From NCBI GenBank assembly GCA_950022695.1, contig CATLLN010000006.1:12216-76215 (forward strand): a DNA stretch of 64,000 nt, read 5' to 3'. This document shows, in pieces, positions 28,528 to 38,702 of this stretch (position 1 is the first letter of the stretch; every line of letters starts with the position of its first letter). This stretch comes from an uncultured bacterium. GTDB lineage: Bacteria > Cyanobacteriota > Vampirovibrionia > Gastranaerophilales > Gastranaerophilaceae. Below the pieces are notes generated by a model. It searched no databases. It was not told where the DNA came from and saw only the letters and a list, made by a program, of their open reading frames with translations. The position numbers were made by a program, and so were the translations under genes.

Positions 28528-29784
28528 TTACACTTCTTTAAATACTAAAGATGCGTTTTGACCACCAAATCCGAATGAATTTGAAAGTGCTGCATGAAGT
28601 TCAGCTTTTACAGCTTTATAAGGAACATAATTCAAGTCAGCAACAGCCTCATCCTGATTATCAAGGTTAATAGTTGGCGGTACAACATTATCATTAAGTG
28701 CTTTAACACAAACGATAGCTTCTGCTGCGCCTGTCGCACCTAACATGTGACCATGCATACTTTTTGTAGAAGTTACAAATAATGACGGATTTTCTTTTTG
28801 ATCACCAAAAACTTTTGCAACAGCATGAGATTCAGCCTTGTCACCCAAACCAGTACTTGTACCGTGAGTATTTACATACTGAATATCAGATGGTTTTAAA
28901 CCGGCATCTTGAAGTGCAAATTGCATTGCGTGAATTGCACCTTCACCATCCGGAGCAGGAGCAACAACGTCGTATGCATCACCTGTTTGACCGTAACCAA
29001 CGATTTCTGCATAAATTTTTGCACCACGTTTTTTCGCATGTTCGTATTCTTCAAGAACCAATACACCAGAACCTTCTGACATGATAAATCCATCTCTGTC
29101 TTTATCATATGGACGAGAAGCTTTTTGAGGTTCATCGTTACGTTTTGAAAGTGTTCTTGCAGCAGCAAATGCGCCTACACCTACATCACAAATTGTAGCT
29201 TCAGCACCGCCTGCAACCATAATGTCTGCATCACCCCATTGAATTGAACGGAATGCATCACCTACAGAATGTGAACCTGTTGCACAAGCTGATACAATAA
29301 CTTTATTAATACCTTTAAAACCATATTTCATAGAAATATTACCTGAAGGCATATTTACAATCATCATTGGAACTGTAAATGGTGAACATTTATGAGGTCC
29401 TTTTTCAATAATTCTAATATGATTTTCTTCAAATGTTTTGAATCCGCCAGCTGCAGAACTTACGATAACACCAATTCTGTATGGGTCAATTCCTAATTCT
29501 TCAATATTTTCAAGCTTAGCATCTTTAATAGCTTCATCAGCTGCAACCATAGCAAATTGAATGAATCTATCCATTTTCTTTGCAGCTTTGGCTTCCATAT
29601 AATCTTCAGGATTAAAGTTTTTAACTTCACCTGAGATTTTTACAACGTGTTTTTCAATATCAATTGATTCAGATGTTGAGATACCGCTTTTTCCAGCTTT
29701 TAAGTTTTCCCAGAATTTATCAACACCAACGCCGTATGGTGTAACTGCTCCCAACCCTGTAATCACTACTCTTCTTTTATTCAT
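28528..29784 (-). CDS. fabF: 3-oxoacyl-[ACP] synthase II
   Basis: RRVVITGLGAVTP, SACATGSH active-site Cys, NTHGTSTGLGD, SMHGHMLGATG, NSFGFGGQNASL. Confidence 0.95.
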   Translation of the reverse strand: MNKRRVVITGLGAVTPYGVGVDKFWENLKAGKSGISTSESIDIEKHVVKISGEVKNFNPEDYMEAKAAKKMDRFIQFAMVAADEAIKDAKLENIEELGIDPYRIGVIVSSAAGGFKTFEENHIRIIEKGPHKCSPFTVPMMIVNMPSGNISMKYGFKGINKVIVSACATGSHSVGDAFRSIQWGDADIMVAGGAEATICDVGVGAFAAARTLSKRNDEPQKASRPYDKDRDGFIMSEGSGVLVLEEYEHAKKRGAKIYAEIVGYGQTGDAYDVVAPAPDGEGAIHAMQFALQDAGLKPSDIQYVNTHGTSTGLGDKAESHAVAKVFGDQKENPSLFVTSTKSMHGHMLGATGAAEAIVCVKALNDNVVPPTINLDNQDEAVADLNYVPYKAVKAELHAALSNSFGFGGQNASLVFKEV

Positions 29785-29807
29785 TTAAGACATCCCTTTT
29801 TCATTCT

Positions 29808-29853
29808 AATAATAAATAATGCGAGAATGAGAATATTAAAATCCCACTCTCGC
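29808..29853 (-). terminator. acpP-fabF intergenic hairpin (attenuator/terminator)
   Basis: 11-bp stem 29821-29831/29843-29853. Its two mismatches are A.C on the plus strand but U.G wobbles on the minus strand, and it is followed on the minus strand by a U-rich tract. Confidence 0.5.
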
Positions 29854-29902
29854 AAATATAAAATTTCAGTTTGAATAATTCAAATTTCAATCAGTGAGAT
29901 AA

Positions 29903-30139
29903 TTACTTACCTAATTTGCTGTCGATGTAAGAAACTGCATCTTGAACTGTTTGAATTTTTTCTGCATCTTCATCAGGAATTTCGCATTTGAATTCTTCTT
30001 CTAAAGCCATAACTAATTCAACTGTATCTAATGAATCAGCACCTAAATCATCTGTGAAACGAGCTTCAGGTGTAACTAATTTTTCATCAACGCTCAATTG
30101 ATCTACTACAACTTTTTTAACTGTTTCTAATGTACTCAT
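29903..30139 (-). CDS. acpP: acyl carrier protein
   Basis: [19 protein letters not shown] phosphopantetheine-site motif, 78 aa. Confidence 0.95.
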   Translation of the reverse strand: MSTLETVKKVVVDQLSVDEKLVTPEARFTDDLGADSLDTVELVMALEEEFKCEIPDEDAEKIQTVQDAVSYIDSKLGK

Positions 30140-30251
30140 GTTTTTTTCCTCTTATTATTTGTGTATTACTAATACTTTTCTTCCAGTATTATAACCTGTT
30201 GAATATTTTTTTGCAAGAAGTTTACAATATCAGCGGGTTTTTGTTACAAAA

Positions 30252-30983
30252 TTATATCATCAAACCGCCGGCAACTTCGATTGCTTGACCTGTTACATAT
30301 TCTGTATCCAAAGCTAAGAATTTAACAACTTTTGCAATATCTTCAGGAGTTCCAAGTCTTTTCATCGGAATTGCTTTTAAGTATTCATCAATGTTAGGAA
30401 GTTCAGCAGTCATAGCTGTTTGAATAAAACCAGGACATACTGCGTTTACTCTGATATTTCTTGAACCAAATTCTTTAGCAAGAGTTTGAGTAAAACCGAT
30501 TAAACCTGCTTTAGAAGACGAATAGTTAGCTTGACCAGCGTTACCGTGACGACCCACAATACTTGACATATTGATAATTGAACCTTGGCGAGCTTTTGAC
30601 ATGTATTTGATTACAGCATTAGTCACGCAGAAAGCAGATGTTAAATTAACTTTAATAACACTTTCCCATTGATTCATATCCATTCTTAGGAATAAACCGT
30701 CTCTTGTAATACCTGCATTGTTCAATAAGATATCAATTTTGCCGTGTTCAGCAATCATTTTATCAACATTTTCTTTAACTGCATCATAGTTTGATACGTC
30801 AAAGCTATAGAAGTATGCATTAACACCTAATGCTTTGATTTCGTCTAAAGCCGGTTGAGCTTTTTCTGCATCACAAATATCATTGATAATGATGTCGCAT
30901 CCAGCTTTTGCAAGTTCTTTTGCACAAGCTAAACCAATACCGCGAGAACCGCCTGTAATTAATGCAATTTTTCTTTCTGTCAT
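30252..30983 (-). CDS. fabG: 3-oxoacyl-[ACP] reductase
   Basis: ITGGSRGIG, NNAGIT, YSSSKAG SDR motifs; operon context. Confidence 0.9.
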   Translation of the reverse strand: MTERKIALITGGSRGIGLACAKELAKAGCDIIINDICDAEKAQPALDEIKALGVNAYFYSFDVSNYDAVKENVDKMIAEHGKIDILLNNAGITRDGLFLRMDMNQWESVIKVNLTSAFCVTNAVIKYMSKARQGSIINMSSIVGRHGNAGQANYSSSKAGLIGFTQTLAKEFGSRNIRVNAVCPGFIQTAMTAELPNIDEYLKAIPMKRLGTPEDIAKVVKFLALDTEYVTGQAIEVAGGLMI

Positions 30984-30999
30984 AATTTTTCTCCTTATT

Positions 31000-31947
31000 T
31001 TAAGCTAAAGCTAATTCTTCTTTTAAAGCATTTACTGTAGATTCTAACGAATCTTTATCATAAATATTATAAGTTTTTACACCTGCGTCGATTTTTTTAA
31101 TCAAACCTGATAAAACTTTACCCGGTCCGATTTCAATAAATGTATCAACACCTTCATTTACCATATTTTGAATTGTTTGAGTCCAGTGAACTGATGAATA
31201 AATTTGTCTTGGCATTTTATTTTTGAATTCAGCACCTAAAACAGTAGCCTGCGCATCAACATTTGTAAATACAGGAACTGAAGCATTGTTTAATTCAAGT
31301 TCAGACACAAATGATTCAAATTCGTGACCTGCACCTTCCATAAATTTAGAATGGAAAGCACCTGAAACAGCAAGAGGAACAACTCTTCTTGCGCCTGCTT
31401 GAGATAAAAGTTCACCGGCTTTAGCAACTGCTGCTTCATCACCAGTAATTACTACCTGCGCAGGTGAATTATAATTTGCAACATCAACATATCCGACACT
31501 TGAAGCTTCTTCTAATGCCTTTTCCAAACTTCCTTCCGGAGCATTTAAAATTGCTGCCATAGCACCGCCTTTTGTAGCGCCCATTAAATCAGCTCTTTTT
31601 TGAATAGCTTTTAATGTTGTTTCTAAATCCATAACACCAGATGCGTACATTGCGCAATATTCACCTAAACTGTGACCTGCTGTTGCATAAACTTCAACAT
31701 CTAATTGAGATTTAAAAGCTTCCAATGCTGCAATTGATGTTGTTACAATTGACGGCTGAGTATTAATTGTTTGTTTTAAATCATCTTCAGGACCTTCAAA
31801 ACAAATTGTTGTAATACTTTTACCTAAAACCTTATCAGCTGAATCAAAAACATTTTTTGCTGAGTCAAAGTTTTCGTACAAATCTTTTCCCATTCCAACA
31901 GATTGAGACCCCTGCCCAGGAAAAACAAATGCTATTTTCTTAGTCAT
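31000..31947 (-). CDS. fabD: malonyl CoA-ACP transacylase
   Basis: FPGQGSQ, GHSLGEY active site, GAFHS. Confidence 0.9.
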   Translation of the reverse strand: MTKKIAFVFPGQGSQSVGMGKDLYENFDSAKNVFDSADKVLGKSITTICFEGPEDDLKQTINTQPSIVTTSIAALEAFKSQLDVEVYATAGHSLGEYCAMYASGVMDLETTLKAIQKRADLMGATKGGAMAAILNAPEGSLEKALEEASSVGYVDVANYNSPAQVVITGDEAAVAKAGELLSQAGARRVVPLAVSGAFHSKFMEGAGHEFESFVSELELNNASVPVFTNVDAQATVLGAEFKNKMPRQIYSSVHWTQTIQNMVNEGVDTFIEIGPGKVLSGLIKKIDAGVKTYNIYDKDSLESTVNALKEELALA

Positions 31948-32028
31948 ATAATATATCCCTCAAGTAAGCTACCCTTCTTAATAAGATAATTATACAATAA
32001 AAAGCACTAAAGTAAAGATTTTTACAAA

Positions 32029-32552
32029 TTATTTGACATTTTTAATAACCCACTTAAAATAATCTGCATCGGTTTTAGCTTTATGAGCACAGGTAATTCC
32101 ATTAACACTATCTGTAGCTGATAAACTGCAGTATTGATCTAAATTAGCAGCATAATAAGTACCCACACTACCCATTGTTCTAAGTTCCCCATCTACAAAA
32201 TCAAATGTAAATAAATCATAACCCCATCTGTTAGGCTTATTTTTATATCCGTTCAAATCTACAGAAACCCAGGTTCTACCGGGTGCTCCGGGAGGATTTT
32301 CAATAAGGATATTTGTTCCGTCCATCAAAACAAATTGTCCGTTATCAAATAAATCTGTCCAAGCATCACTTTTTCCATTTAATGTTTTATATGGAGAGTA
32401 ATTAAATTTGGTATTGTCATTGCCGCCACAACACCTATTATGCCTAGAGTAATTAGAACCTCTGCTAATGTAAAACCAGCTTTAGAAAATACTGGTAACA
32501 TATTACCCCGTCCGGCGAGGACCTCTGCTAATGTAAAACCTGATTTTTTCAT
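32029..32552 (-). pseudogene. frameshifted prepilin-type gene with duplicated leader
   Basis: Own translation from ATG 32552 (SD GGAGG): MKKSGFTLAEVLAGRGNMLPVFSKAGFTLAEVLITLGIIGVVAAMTIPNLITLHIKH*, stop at 32379-32381. The pilin body (..KFNYSPYKTLNGKSDAW..VDLNGYKNKPNRWGYDLF..) continues in another frame into ORF 32029-32328. 20-nt direct repeat at 32458-32477 / 32521-32540. Confidence 0.6.
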
Positions 32553-32724
32553 ATTACCTCCATTAAAAGTTATCGTAATACAACTATTTTATTCGAAAAT
32601 CTAATGTATAAATCGTTTATTTAAAGTATTTTCAATCGTAATGCGATTAGTTTTGATTTTTATCAATTGTTTACCAACATTTTACAAGGGTTACAAATGT
32701 ATTATTTTGATATAGGGGCTAAAA

Positions 32725-33051
32725 ATGACATCATGTAAAAAACAATTGGGTAAAAGAATTAAAGAACTAAGAAAAAGAAATCATTTTACTCAGGAACAAT
32801 TATCCGAACTTATAGGACTTGAACCCAACCACATTTCAAAAATAGAATCAGGTGTTCACTTTCCTCAATCTGAAAAACTTGACTTAATAGCAAAAACTTT
32901 CAATATTCCCATTATGGAATTGTTCAATTACGAACACAAACAACCAATTGAAAAGATAAAACAAAAAATAACAGAATGGTTAAATAACGCTTCAAAAAAC
33001 GAAATTGAATATATATATAAAACAATAATAAATATTAAAGATTTAAGATAA
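32725..33051 (+). CDS. XRE-family HTH transcriptional regulator
   Basis: FTQEQLSELIGLEPNHISKIESG HTH core with C-terminal extension. Confidence 0.75.
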   Translation: MTSCKKQLGKRIKELRKRNHFTQEQLSELIGLEPNHISKIESGVHFPQSEKLDLIAKTFNIPIMELFNYEHKQPIEKIKQKITEWLNNASKNEIEYIYKTIINIKDLR

Positions 33052-33052
33052 T

Positions 33053-33084
33053 AAAAAAAGACGGGTTTTAACCCGTCTTTTTGG
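33053..33084. terminator. bidirectional terminator (XRE gene / fabH)
   Basis: AAAAAGACGGG-ttttaa-CCCGTCTTTTT. Confidence 0.7.
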
Positions 33085-33098
33085 TTTTCAAGCTTAAG

Positions 33099-34109
33099 TT
33101 AGCAAATACCTTCTCGTAATCTTACGATTGCACCGCCCCATGTCATACCGGCACCAAACCCGCAAAGAATTGCTGTTGAACCAAGTTTTACATTTCCTTT
33201 TTCAACACCTTCTGCCAATGCTATAGGAATAGAGGCAGCTGAAGTATTTCCATAATATTTGATATTCGTGACAACCTTATCATCTGAATATCCAAGACGC
33301 TCTTGAACAGCATGAATAATTCTTAAATTCGCTTGGTGAGGAATTAAATAATCAATATCTTCTGCTTTCATGTCAGCATTTGAAATTAAATCTTCCACAT
33401 ACTGAGGAAGAACTCTTGCTACAAACTTATAAACTTCTTTACCGTTCATTACAATATATTGCTTATGATTCTCACACGGTTCAACAAGCGGGCAATTTTG
33501 TCCTGATAAAGGAAGTTCAATCAAATTACCTAAAGTACCATCTGCTTTAATATCAATCGCAATAATATCATCAACCCCGTCATCTGATTCTGTTACAACC
33601 ATTGCACCTGCACCATCACCAAATAATATTGATGTTGAACGGTCTTCCCAATCCAAAAGTCGTGAATTATTATCAGTTGCAACTATTAAAATTGTTTTAT
33701 ACATACCGGATGATATATAGGCTTTTGCAATACTTAAACCGTAAATTAATCCGGAACAAGCTGCTGTAATGTCAAATGCAGGCACATGATTTGGAATACC
33801 TAATCTATCTTGAATTTGACATGCAATTGCAGGATATAATTTTGGAGGAGCTGATGAAGCTGCAATTATTAAATCCACATTTTCAGGGTTGATTTTTGAT
33901 TTTTCAAGTGCTTGCTTGGCAGCTTTCTCACCTAAATCAACTGCTCCCTCGTTACCTGAAACTAAATGTCTTTCTTTTATTCCTGTACGTGAATAAATCC
34001 ATTCATCAGATGTGTCATATAACTTTGTTAAATCATCATTAGTAACTACTGTTTCAGGAACACAATACCCTACACCTGCTATTTTTAATGGTTTTAAATT
34101 TTGTGTCAT
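33099..34109 (-). CDS. fabH: 3-oxoacyl-[ACP] synthase III
   Basis: TAACSGLIY active-site Cys, IPHQANLRI, GNTSAASIP, GFGAGMTWG. Confidence 0.9.
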   Translation of the reverse strand: MTQNLKPLKIAGVGYCVPETVVTNDDLTKLYDTSDEWIYSRTGIKERHLVSGNEGAVDLGEKAAKQALEKSKINPENVDLIIAASSAPPKLYPAIACQIQDRLGIPNHVPAFDITAACSGLIYGLSIAKAYISSGMYKTILIVATDNNSRLLDWEDRSTSILFGDGAGAMVVTESDDGVDDIIAIDIKADGTLGNLIELPLSGQNCPLVEPCENHKQYIVMNGKEVYKFVARVLPQYVEDLISNADMKAEDIDYLIPHQANLRIIHAVQERLGYSDDKVVTNIKYYGNTSAASIPIALAEGVEKGNVKLGSTAILCGFGAGMTWGGAIVRLREGIC

Positions 34110-34117
34110 AATTTTTC

Positions 34118-35182
34118 CTACCTATTAATATTTTCTGAAATCTTAGAGTTAATATCTTTATTAAGAACTCTGACAGCTGCTCTTACAGCATTTTTCATAG
34201 CATAAGATGAACTGCGGCCATGAGCAATTACAGATATACCCTTTACTCCTAATAATAGCATACCTCCAAAAACTTCCCAATTAATTCTTTTTAAAATGCG
34301 TCTTAAAAATGGTTTTGCCAACAAACCGATAATGCATCCGATAAAATCAGACTTAAATTCGGTTGAAATCATTTTTAAAAGCATAGAAGCAGTACCTTCT
34401 GTTACTTTTAATGCAATATTACCTGCAAAACCGTCACATACAACAACGTCACATTTATTTATGAATAATTCTTTTCCTTCAATATTACCGACAAAATTGA
34501 TATAACCTTTTTCATGCATATCTTTCAAAAGTGGGTAAGTATCTTTAACTAATGTATTACCTTTGCCTTCTTCTTCACCAATGCTTAAAATACCTACTTT
34601 TGGGTTTTCTATTCCAACGATATGTTCAGCATATGCAACACCCATTTCTGCAAACTGTGCAAGCATTTCAGGTGTACAATCACTATTAGCGCCGCCATCA
34701 ATTAAAACAACAGGTTCTTTCATTGTTGGTAAAGTTACAGAAATTGCAGGTCTTTGAACACCGTGGATTCTGCCTAAACCAAATAAACTTGCTGCCATAG
34801 CTGCACCTGTAGAACCTGCTGATACAACAGCTTCACATCTGCCTTCTGCAACTGCTCTGACTGATGCAACAATTGAGGAATCTTTTTTCTTACGAATAGA
34901 TTGCCCGACAGCTTCACCCATGCCAATAACTTCTGAAGCATGAGTAATTGTATAATCAATTTTATCTAAATCTATTTTAATTCTTCTTTTATGTCCCTTA
35001 GTACCACAATCGGAATAAACACATCCTGCAGCCTTAATTCTGTCAAGTTCAGCTTGAATATCTTCTTGCCTACCAACAAGTTCAAGACCGACACCATATT
35101 CTTGTGCCGCCCACACTGCACCTTCTACAATCGCTCTCGGTGCGTAATCTCCGCCCATCGCATCTATAGCTATTCTTGACAT
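34118..35182 (-). CDS. plsX: phosphate acyltransferase PlsX
   Basis: IAIDAMGGDYAP N-terminus, DGFAGNIALK, synteny rpmF-plsX-fabH. Confidence 0.9.
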   Translation of the reverse strand: MSRIAIDAMGGDYAPRAIVEGAVWAAQEYGVGLELVGRQEDIQAELDRIKAAGCVYSDCGTKGHKRRIKIDLDKIDYTITHASEVIGMGEAVGQSIRKKKDSSIVASVRAVAEGRCEAVVSAGSTGAAMAASLFGLGRIHGVQRPAISVTLPTMKEPVVLIDGGANSDCTPEMLAQFAEMGVAYAEHIVGIENPKVGILSIGEEEGKGNTLVKDTYPLLKDMHEKGYINFVGNIEGKELFINKCDVVVCDGFAGNIALKVTEGTASMLLKMISTEFKSDFIGCIIGLLAKPFLRRILKRINWEVFGGMLLLGVKGISVIAHGRSSSYAMKNAVRAAVRVLNKDINSKISENINR

Positions 35183-35211
35183 ATTATTCTCTCTCCAACG
35201 TTTGGTTTTAA

Positions 35212-35252
35212 TCTGAAAAATCAGAAGCGGTAATTAAATTGCCGCCTCTGAT
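35212..35252 (-). terminator. hairpin plus U-run downstream of rpmF (partial terminator/attenuator before plsX)
   Basis: 15-bp imperfect stem 35220-35234/35238-35252 followed on the minus strand by TTTTTCAG. Confidence 0.55.
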
Positions 35253-35265
35253 AGTTTTAAACTTA

Positions 35266-35574
35266 TTATTCTTCTGTTTTTTCTTCAACAGTTTCTTCAG
35301 CTTTTACTTCTTCAACTTCTACTTTAGCTTCTTCTGCTTTAGCTTTTTTTGAAGTTTTCTTAGCCGGTTTTTTTTCTTCTACTGCAACTGCTGCTGCTTT
35401 GTCTGCCAATCTTACAGGCTGACCTTTATAGGTGCCGCAAGCTGTACATACTGTATGTGTTAAAACTGTTTCGCCACAGTTAGGACATTTTGTTGTCTCA
35501 GGCTTTGTAGCTTTCCAGTTTGCTCTTCTGCTGCCTTGAGCAGAATGTCCTGTTCTTTTCTTAGGTACTGCCAT
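35266..35574 (-). CDS. rpmF: 50S ribosomal protein L32 with long Lys/Glu/Ala-rich C-terminal extension
   Basis: MAVPKKRTGHSAQGSRRANWK and CPNCGE...CTACG zinc ribbon, then a ~45-aa tail (EEKKPAKKTSKKAKAEEAKVEVEEVKAEETVEEKTEE). Confidence 0.85.
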   Translation of the reverse strand: MAVPKKRTGHSAQGSRRANWKATKPETTKCPNCGETVLTHTVCTACGTYKGQPVRLADKAAAVAVEEKKPAKKTSKKAKAEEAKVEVEEVKAEETVEEKTEE

Positions 35575-35605
35575 TTTGTCTTTCCTTTTTTATTTTCTTG
35601 TATTA

Positions 35606-36109
35606 CTAACTGTTTTTTGGGTTAATTTGGAGATTATTAAAGACTTCCAGTCTTGGATCAATGGTATTTTCTTCTGAAAGAAATTCCCTTCCTTTACAAT
35701 TAATACCACAAACTTTTTTATTTGGAAAACTTAATATTACAGATTGATACAATAAGTCATAAATATCAATTTCTTTTTCGCCATTTAAATCGGTAACAAA
35801 TTGACCGTCTTTTATCTCAAATTCTTGTCCGGATTCTTCATAATCCCCAAGTAGTGAGGTTTTCGAGTATAATTCGTCTATATTAAAATTCAATTCATGC
35901 TCAAATTTTTCCAGACATAAATCACATTCGAGATTTACAACACCTGTTACGTGCCCAGAAATTCCTACATAATTATCAAATGATTTTGCACATAACTCGG
36001 CATGGATAGGGGTAACACAATCAATACCTTCGATTTTTTCATCGAAAGTGAAATATAGTGTTTTATTTTCGGCGTTTTCTAAATCTTCCAGTAGTAAAAC
36101 TTTTTCCAT
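35606..36109 (-). CDS. yceD: YceD/DUF177 family (large ribosomal RNA subunit accumulation protein)
   Basis: Conserved position upstream of rpmF; CDLCLEKFE and C-terminal C..C/DPRL pattern typical of DUF177. Confidence 0.75.
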   Translation of the reverse strand: MEKVLLLEDLENAENKTLYFTFDEKIEGIDCVTPIHAELCAKSFDNYVGISGHVTGVVNLECDLCLEKFEHELNFNIDELYSKTSLLGDYEESGQEFEIKDGQFVTDLNGEKEIDIYDLLYQSVILSFPNKKVCGINCKGREFLSEENTIDPRLEVFNNLQINPKNS

Positions 36110-36111
36110 AA

Positions 36112-36378
36112 TTAATTTAAGTATTGTTCTTCCTGGATTGCTAATGCTGCAATCTGGTTAGAAACAAAACAAACCTCTTTTAACGGACCTTCCGTTTCTT
36201 TTTTTATTAAAACTGCGTTTGGAGAAATCATTCTTTCACTTAACTCCTGATATAATGCTTGGTAATCCTGAACATACAACACCAATGGCGCTGTTGAACC
36301 TTTGATAAATACTAAAACTGCATAACGTTTTTTAATATTTTGAGCATTCATACCCTGAGGGTTAAATTGTTGAGCCAT
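36112..36378 (-). CDS. hypothetical protein
   Basis: 88-aa ORF coupled to yceD; no family recognised. Confidence 0.45.
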   Translation of the reverse strand: MAQQFNPQGMNAQNIKKRYAVLVFIKGSTAPLVLYVQDYQALYQELSERMISPNAVLIKKETEGPLKEVCFVSNQIAALAIQEEQYLN

Positions 36379-36506
36379 AATTTTCTCCTTTTTGGTATAA
36401 ATATTTTAACAAAAAATCCCTAAAAATCAAGATATTTAACAAAATTTAAGCTGTTTTTAAATTTTTACAGCTTTATGATAAAATCATTTCATTAGAAAGG
36501 TTTATT

Positions 36507-37151
36507 ATGTGGGATAAATTAAAAGAACAGTTTAACATTTTAAAACTGGAAAAGAAAAAGCTTTATCTTGTTACAAATTCAGACAAGTTTGTTTCTCAAG
36601 ACGATTTTTTAAATGCATCAGCATCTGCACTTCAAGGCGGTGTTGATATTCTACAGTTAAGAGAAAAATCTATTCCGGACGGAGTTTTTGTAGAAATCGC
36701 GCACAAAATGAGAACTCTTTGTGATGAATATGGAGCAACATTTATAATAAATGACAGAATTGATATTGCACAAATCGTAGAAGCCGATGGAGTTCATCTT
36801 GGACAAAGTGATATAAGCATACACGATGCGCGCATGATTTTAGGAACTAATGCAATAATCGGAAAAACTACTTCAACCCCTGATGAAATAATAAAAGCTG
36901 CAGATGAAGGTGTTGATTATGTGACATTTGGGCCAATTTACACCAAGCAAGATGAGTTTGTTGACGAAAGTGTTGTAAATTGGATTATTAATAACGTAAA
37001 AATTCCTGTATTTTATACAGGTGACATAAATCAAAATAATATCACTGAATTAATTTCACTCGGGATTTCAAAAATCGCACTTACTGATGCTATTATGTAT
37101 TCAAAAATTCCGGAACAATCCGCAAGGAATTTTTTGAAATTTCTGCCGTAA
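36507..37151 (+). CDS. thiE: thiamine-phosphate synthase
   Basis: LQLREK, FIINDRIDIA, ADGVHLGQSD, GPIY motifs. Confidence 0.85.
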   Translation: MWDKLKEQFNILKLEKKKLYLVTNSDKFVSQDDFLNASASALQGGVDILQLREKSIPDGVFVEIAHKMRTLCDEYGATFIINDRIDIAQIVEADGVHLGQSDISIHDARMILGTNAIIGKTTSTPDEIIKAADEGVDYVTFGPIYTKQDEFVDESVVNWIINNVKIPVFYTGDINQNNITELISLGISKIALTDAIMYSKIPEQSARNFLKFLP

Positions 37152-37244
37152 GTTAAGCCTTGACAGAATCATGAGCCAAATGTTATAATAATTAAAAAAA
37201 TTAAATAAAATTTATATAGGGTATAAGATTGTGAAAATGCCAAA

Positions 37245-38702
37245 ATGGCAAGCGAAAAAGAAATTCACGTAAACGGATACGTAAAAAGAGATGGAACAGA
37301 GGTTTCCGAATACTACAGAAGTGCTCCAGAAGGTTCAGAATTATTCAGTAATAGTTCTAGCGGGTTATTTAACAATAATTCGTCATTTGGTGAAAACTCA
37401 CTTTTTGGACCTGTTGAAGATACTAAAAAAACAGAACAAACAGACTTTCCAACCATACCAGAAACACAGGATATTCCGCAAAATTCCGGAAATTATCAAT
37501 ATTCACCGGATTCTGTATTTAACAGCCCTGTCGGAAATTACTTACAACAAAATCAAGCACCGCAAGAACCTGTAGAAAATCAAGAATTGAATATTCATGC
37601 ATTTGAAGCAGAACAGCAAGTGAACGATGTTCTTAATTCAATAAAATACATGGACAAAAACCAAATGCGAAATGAGCTTATGAGAGAAAGAACTAACAAA
37701 ATGCTCGAAAAAATAACTCAAGCACATAATAAATCACGGGAATTTGAGCAACAAACTCTTGATAAATTGATTAATTCGCCAAATCAGCAGGAATATCAAA
37801 AAACATATAAAACTTATATTGAAATTAAAGTAAATAATGACCTGAAAGCTGATAATCTTAACCGGATAAAATTTACTGCAAAAAACAATAACATTCCGAT
37901 GCTTTATAATGAACTGAATAATTATAAAAGTGATTTTGACACAGTTGCTAAAACATACAGGCAAAAAAATCCACTAAAAAATCCGGAAAAACCTTTGTCG
38001 TATTATACAACACTAATGCATGATGAAGTTCCAATAAATCATGCCAATAATTATACATACAGCTCACAGCATAGAGCTGAAGTATTAAATGATATACATA
38101 AAAAAGAGCCTAAATATGCTATAGATATTGGTATGTGGGGAAAAAATTGGTTACAACATACAAACAAAATTAATGATGCCAAAGAAATGTGGAAAGCTTC
38201 ATCCCATGATTTTACTCAAAGTAAAGATTATGTTAATAAAAATGGTTCTTTATTAAGTAGTATTTCTGATTTAAAAGATAAAGAACTGCAAAATATTGTA
38301 AAAAATAAAGTTAAAAACTCATATGGAGCAGATGATTCTGTTGGTATGATTTTTAATTCTAATAGTAACCTATCTAAAGAAATGGCAAATTCTCCAGAGT
38401 ACAAAAAACTCTTTTTAGAAAACAAAAATGAATTACTTAATTACCAAGTTGTTAAAAACAAATCAGGTAACTTTAGCAGTTCAAAAAATTTAGAACTTGC
38501 AATAAGAAAATTTGATGTTCCTTACATGTTTATTGATGCAAATGGAGATTTTTGTACAGTAGCAATGGATGCATATGATTTTCAACCTGGCGAAGATTGG
38601 AAAATAGACCTAGCTGCAAAAGCACAAAATAGTGGTTCTGCAAGAAAATATTATACATTACATGTTACTAGAACTCCTAAAGCAATATGGGAGAAATGGT
38701 AA
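37245..38702 (+). CDS. hypothetical protein
   Basis: 485-aa ORF, N-terminal HVNGYVKRDGTEVSEYYRS motif, N/Q/K-rich; no family recognised. Confidence 0.5.
   Translation: MASEKEIHVNGYVKRDGTEVSEYYRSAPEGSELFSNSSSGLFNNNSSFGENSLFGPVEDTKKTEQTDFPTIPETQDIPQNSGNYQYSPDSVFNSPVGNYLQQNQAPQEPVENQELNIHAFEAEQQVNDVLNSIKYMDKNQMRNELMRERTNKMLEKITQAHNKSREFEQQTLDKLINSPNQQEYQKTYKTYIEIKVNNDLKADNLNRIKFTAKNNNIPMLYNELNNYKSDFDTVAKTYRQKNPLKNPEKPLSYYTTLMHDEVPINHANNYTYSSQHRAEVLNDIHKKEPKYAIDIGMWGKNWLQHTNKINDAKEMWKASSHDFTQSKDYVNKNGSLLSSISDLKDKELQNIVKNKVKNSYGADDSVGMIFNSNSNLSKEMANSPEYKKLFLENKNELLNYQVVKNKSGNFSSSKNLELAIRKFDVPYMFIDANGDFCTVAMDAYDFQPGEDWKIDLAAKAQNSGSARKYYTLHVTRTPKAIWEKW

Noticed and set aside
36379-36506. TPP riboswitch upstream of thiE
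   Set aside because: No CTGAGA / ACCTGA-type THI-box core is present. Only a simple AAGCTGT/ACAGCTT hairpin and a promoter-like TGATAAAAT were found.
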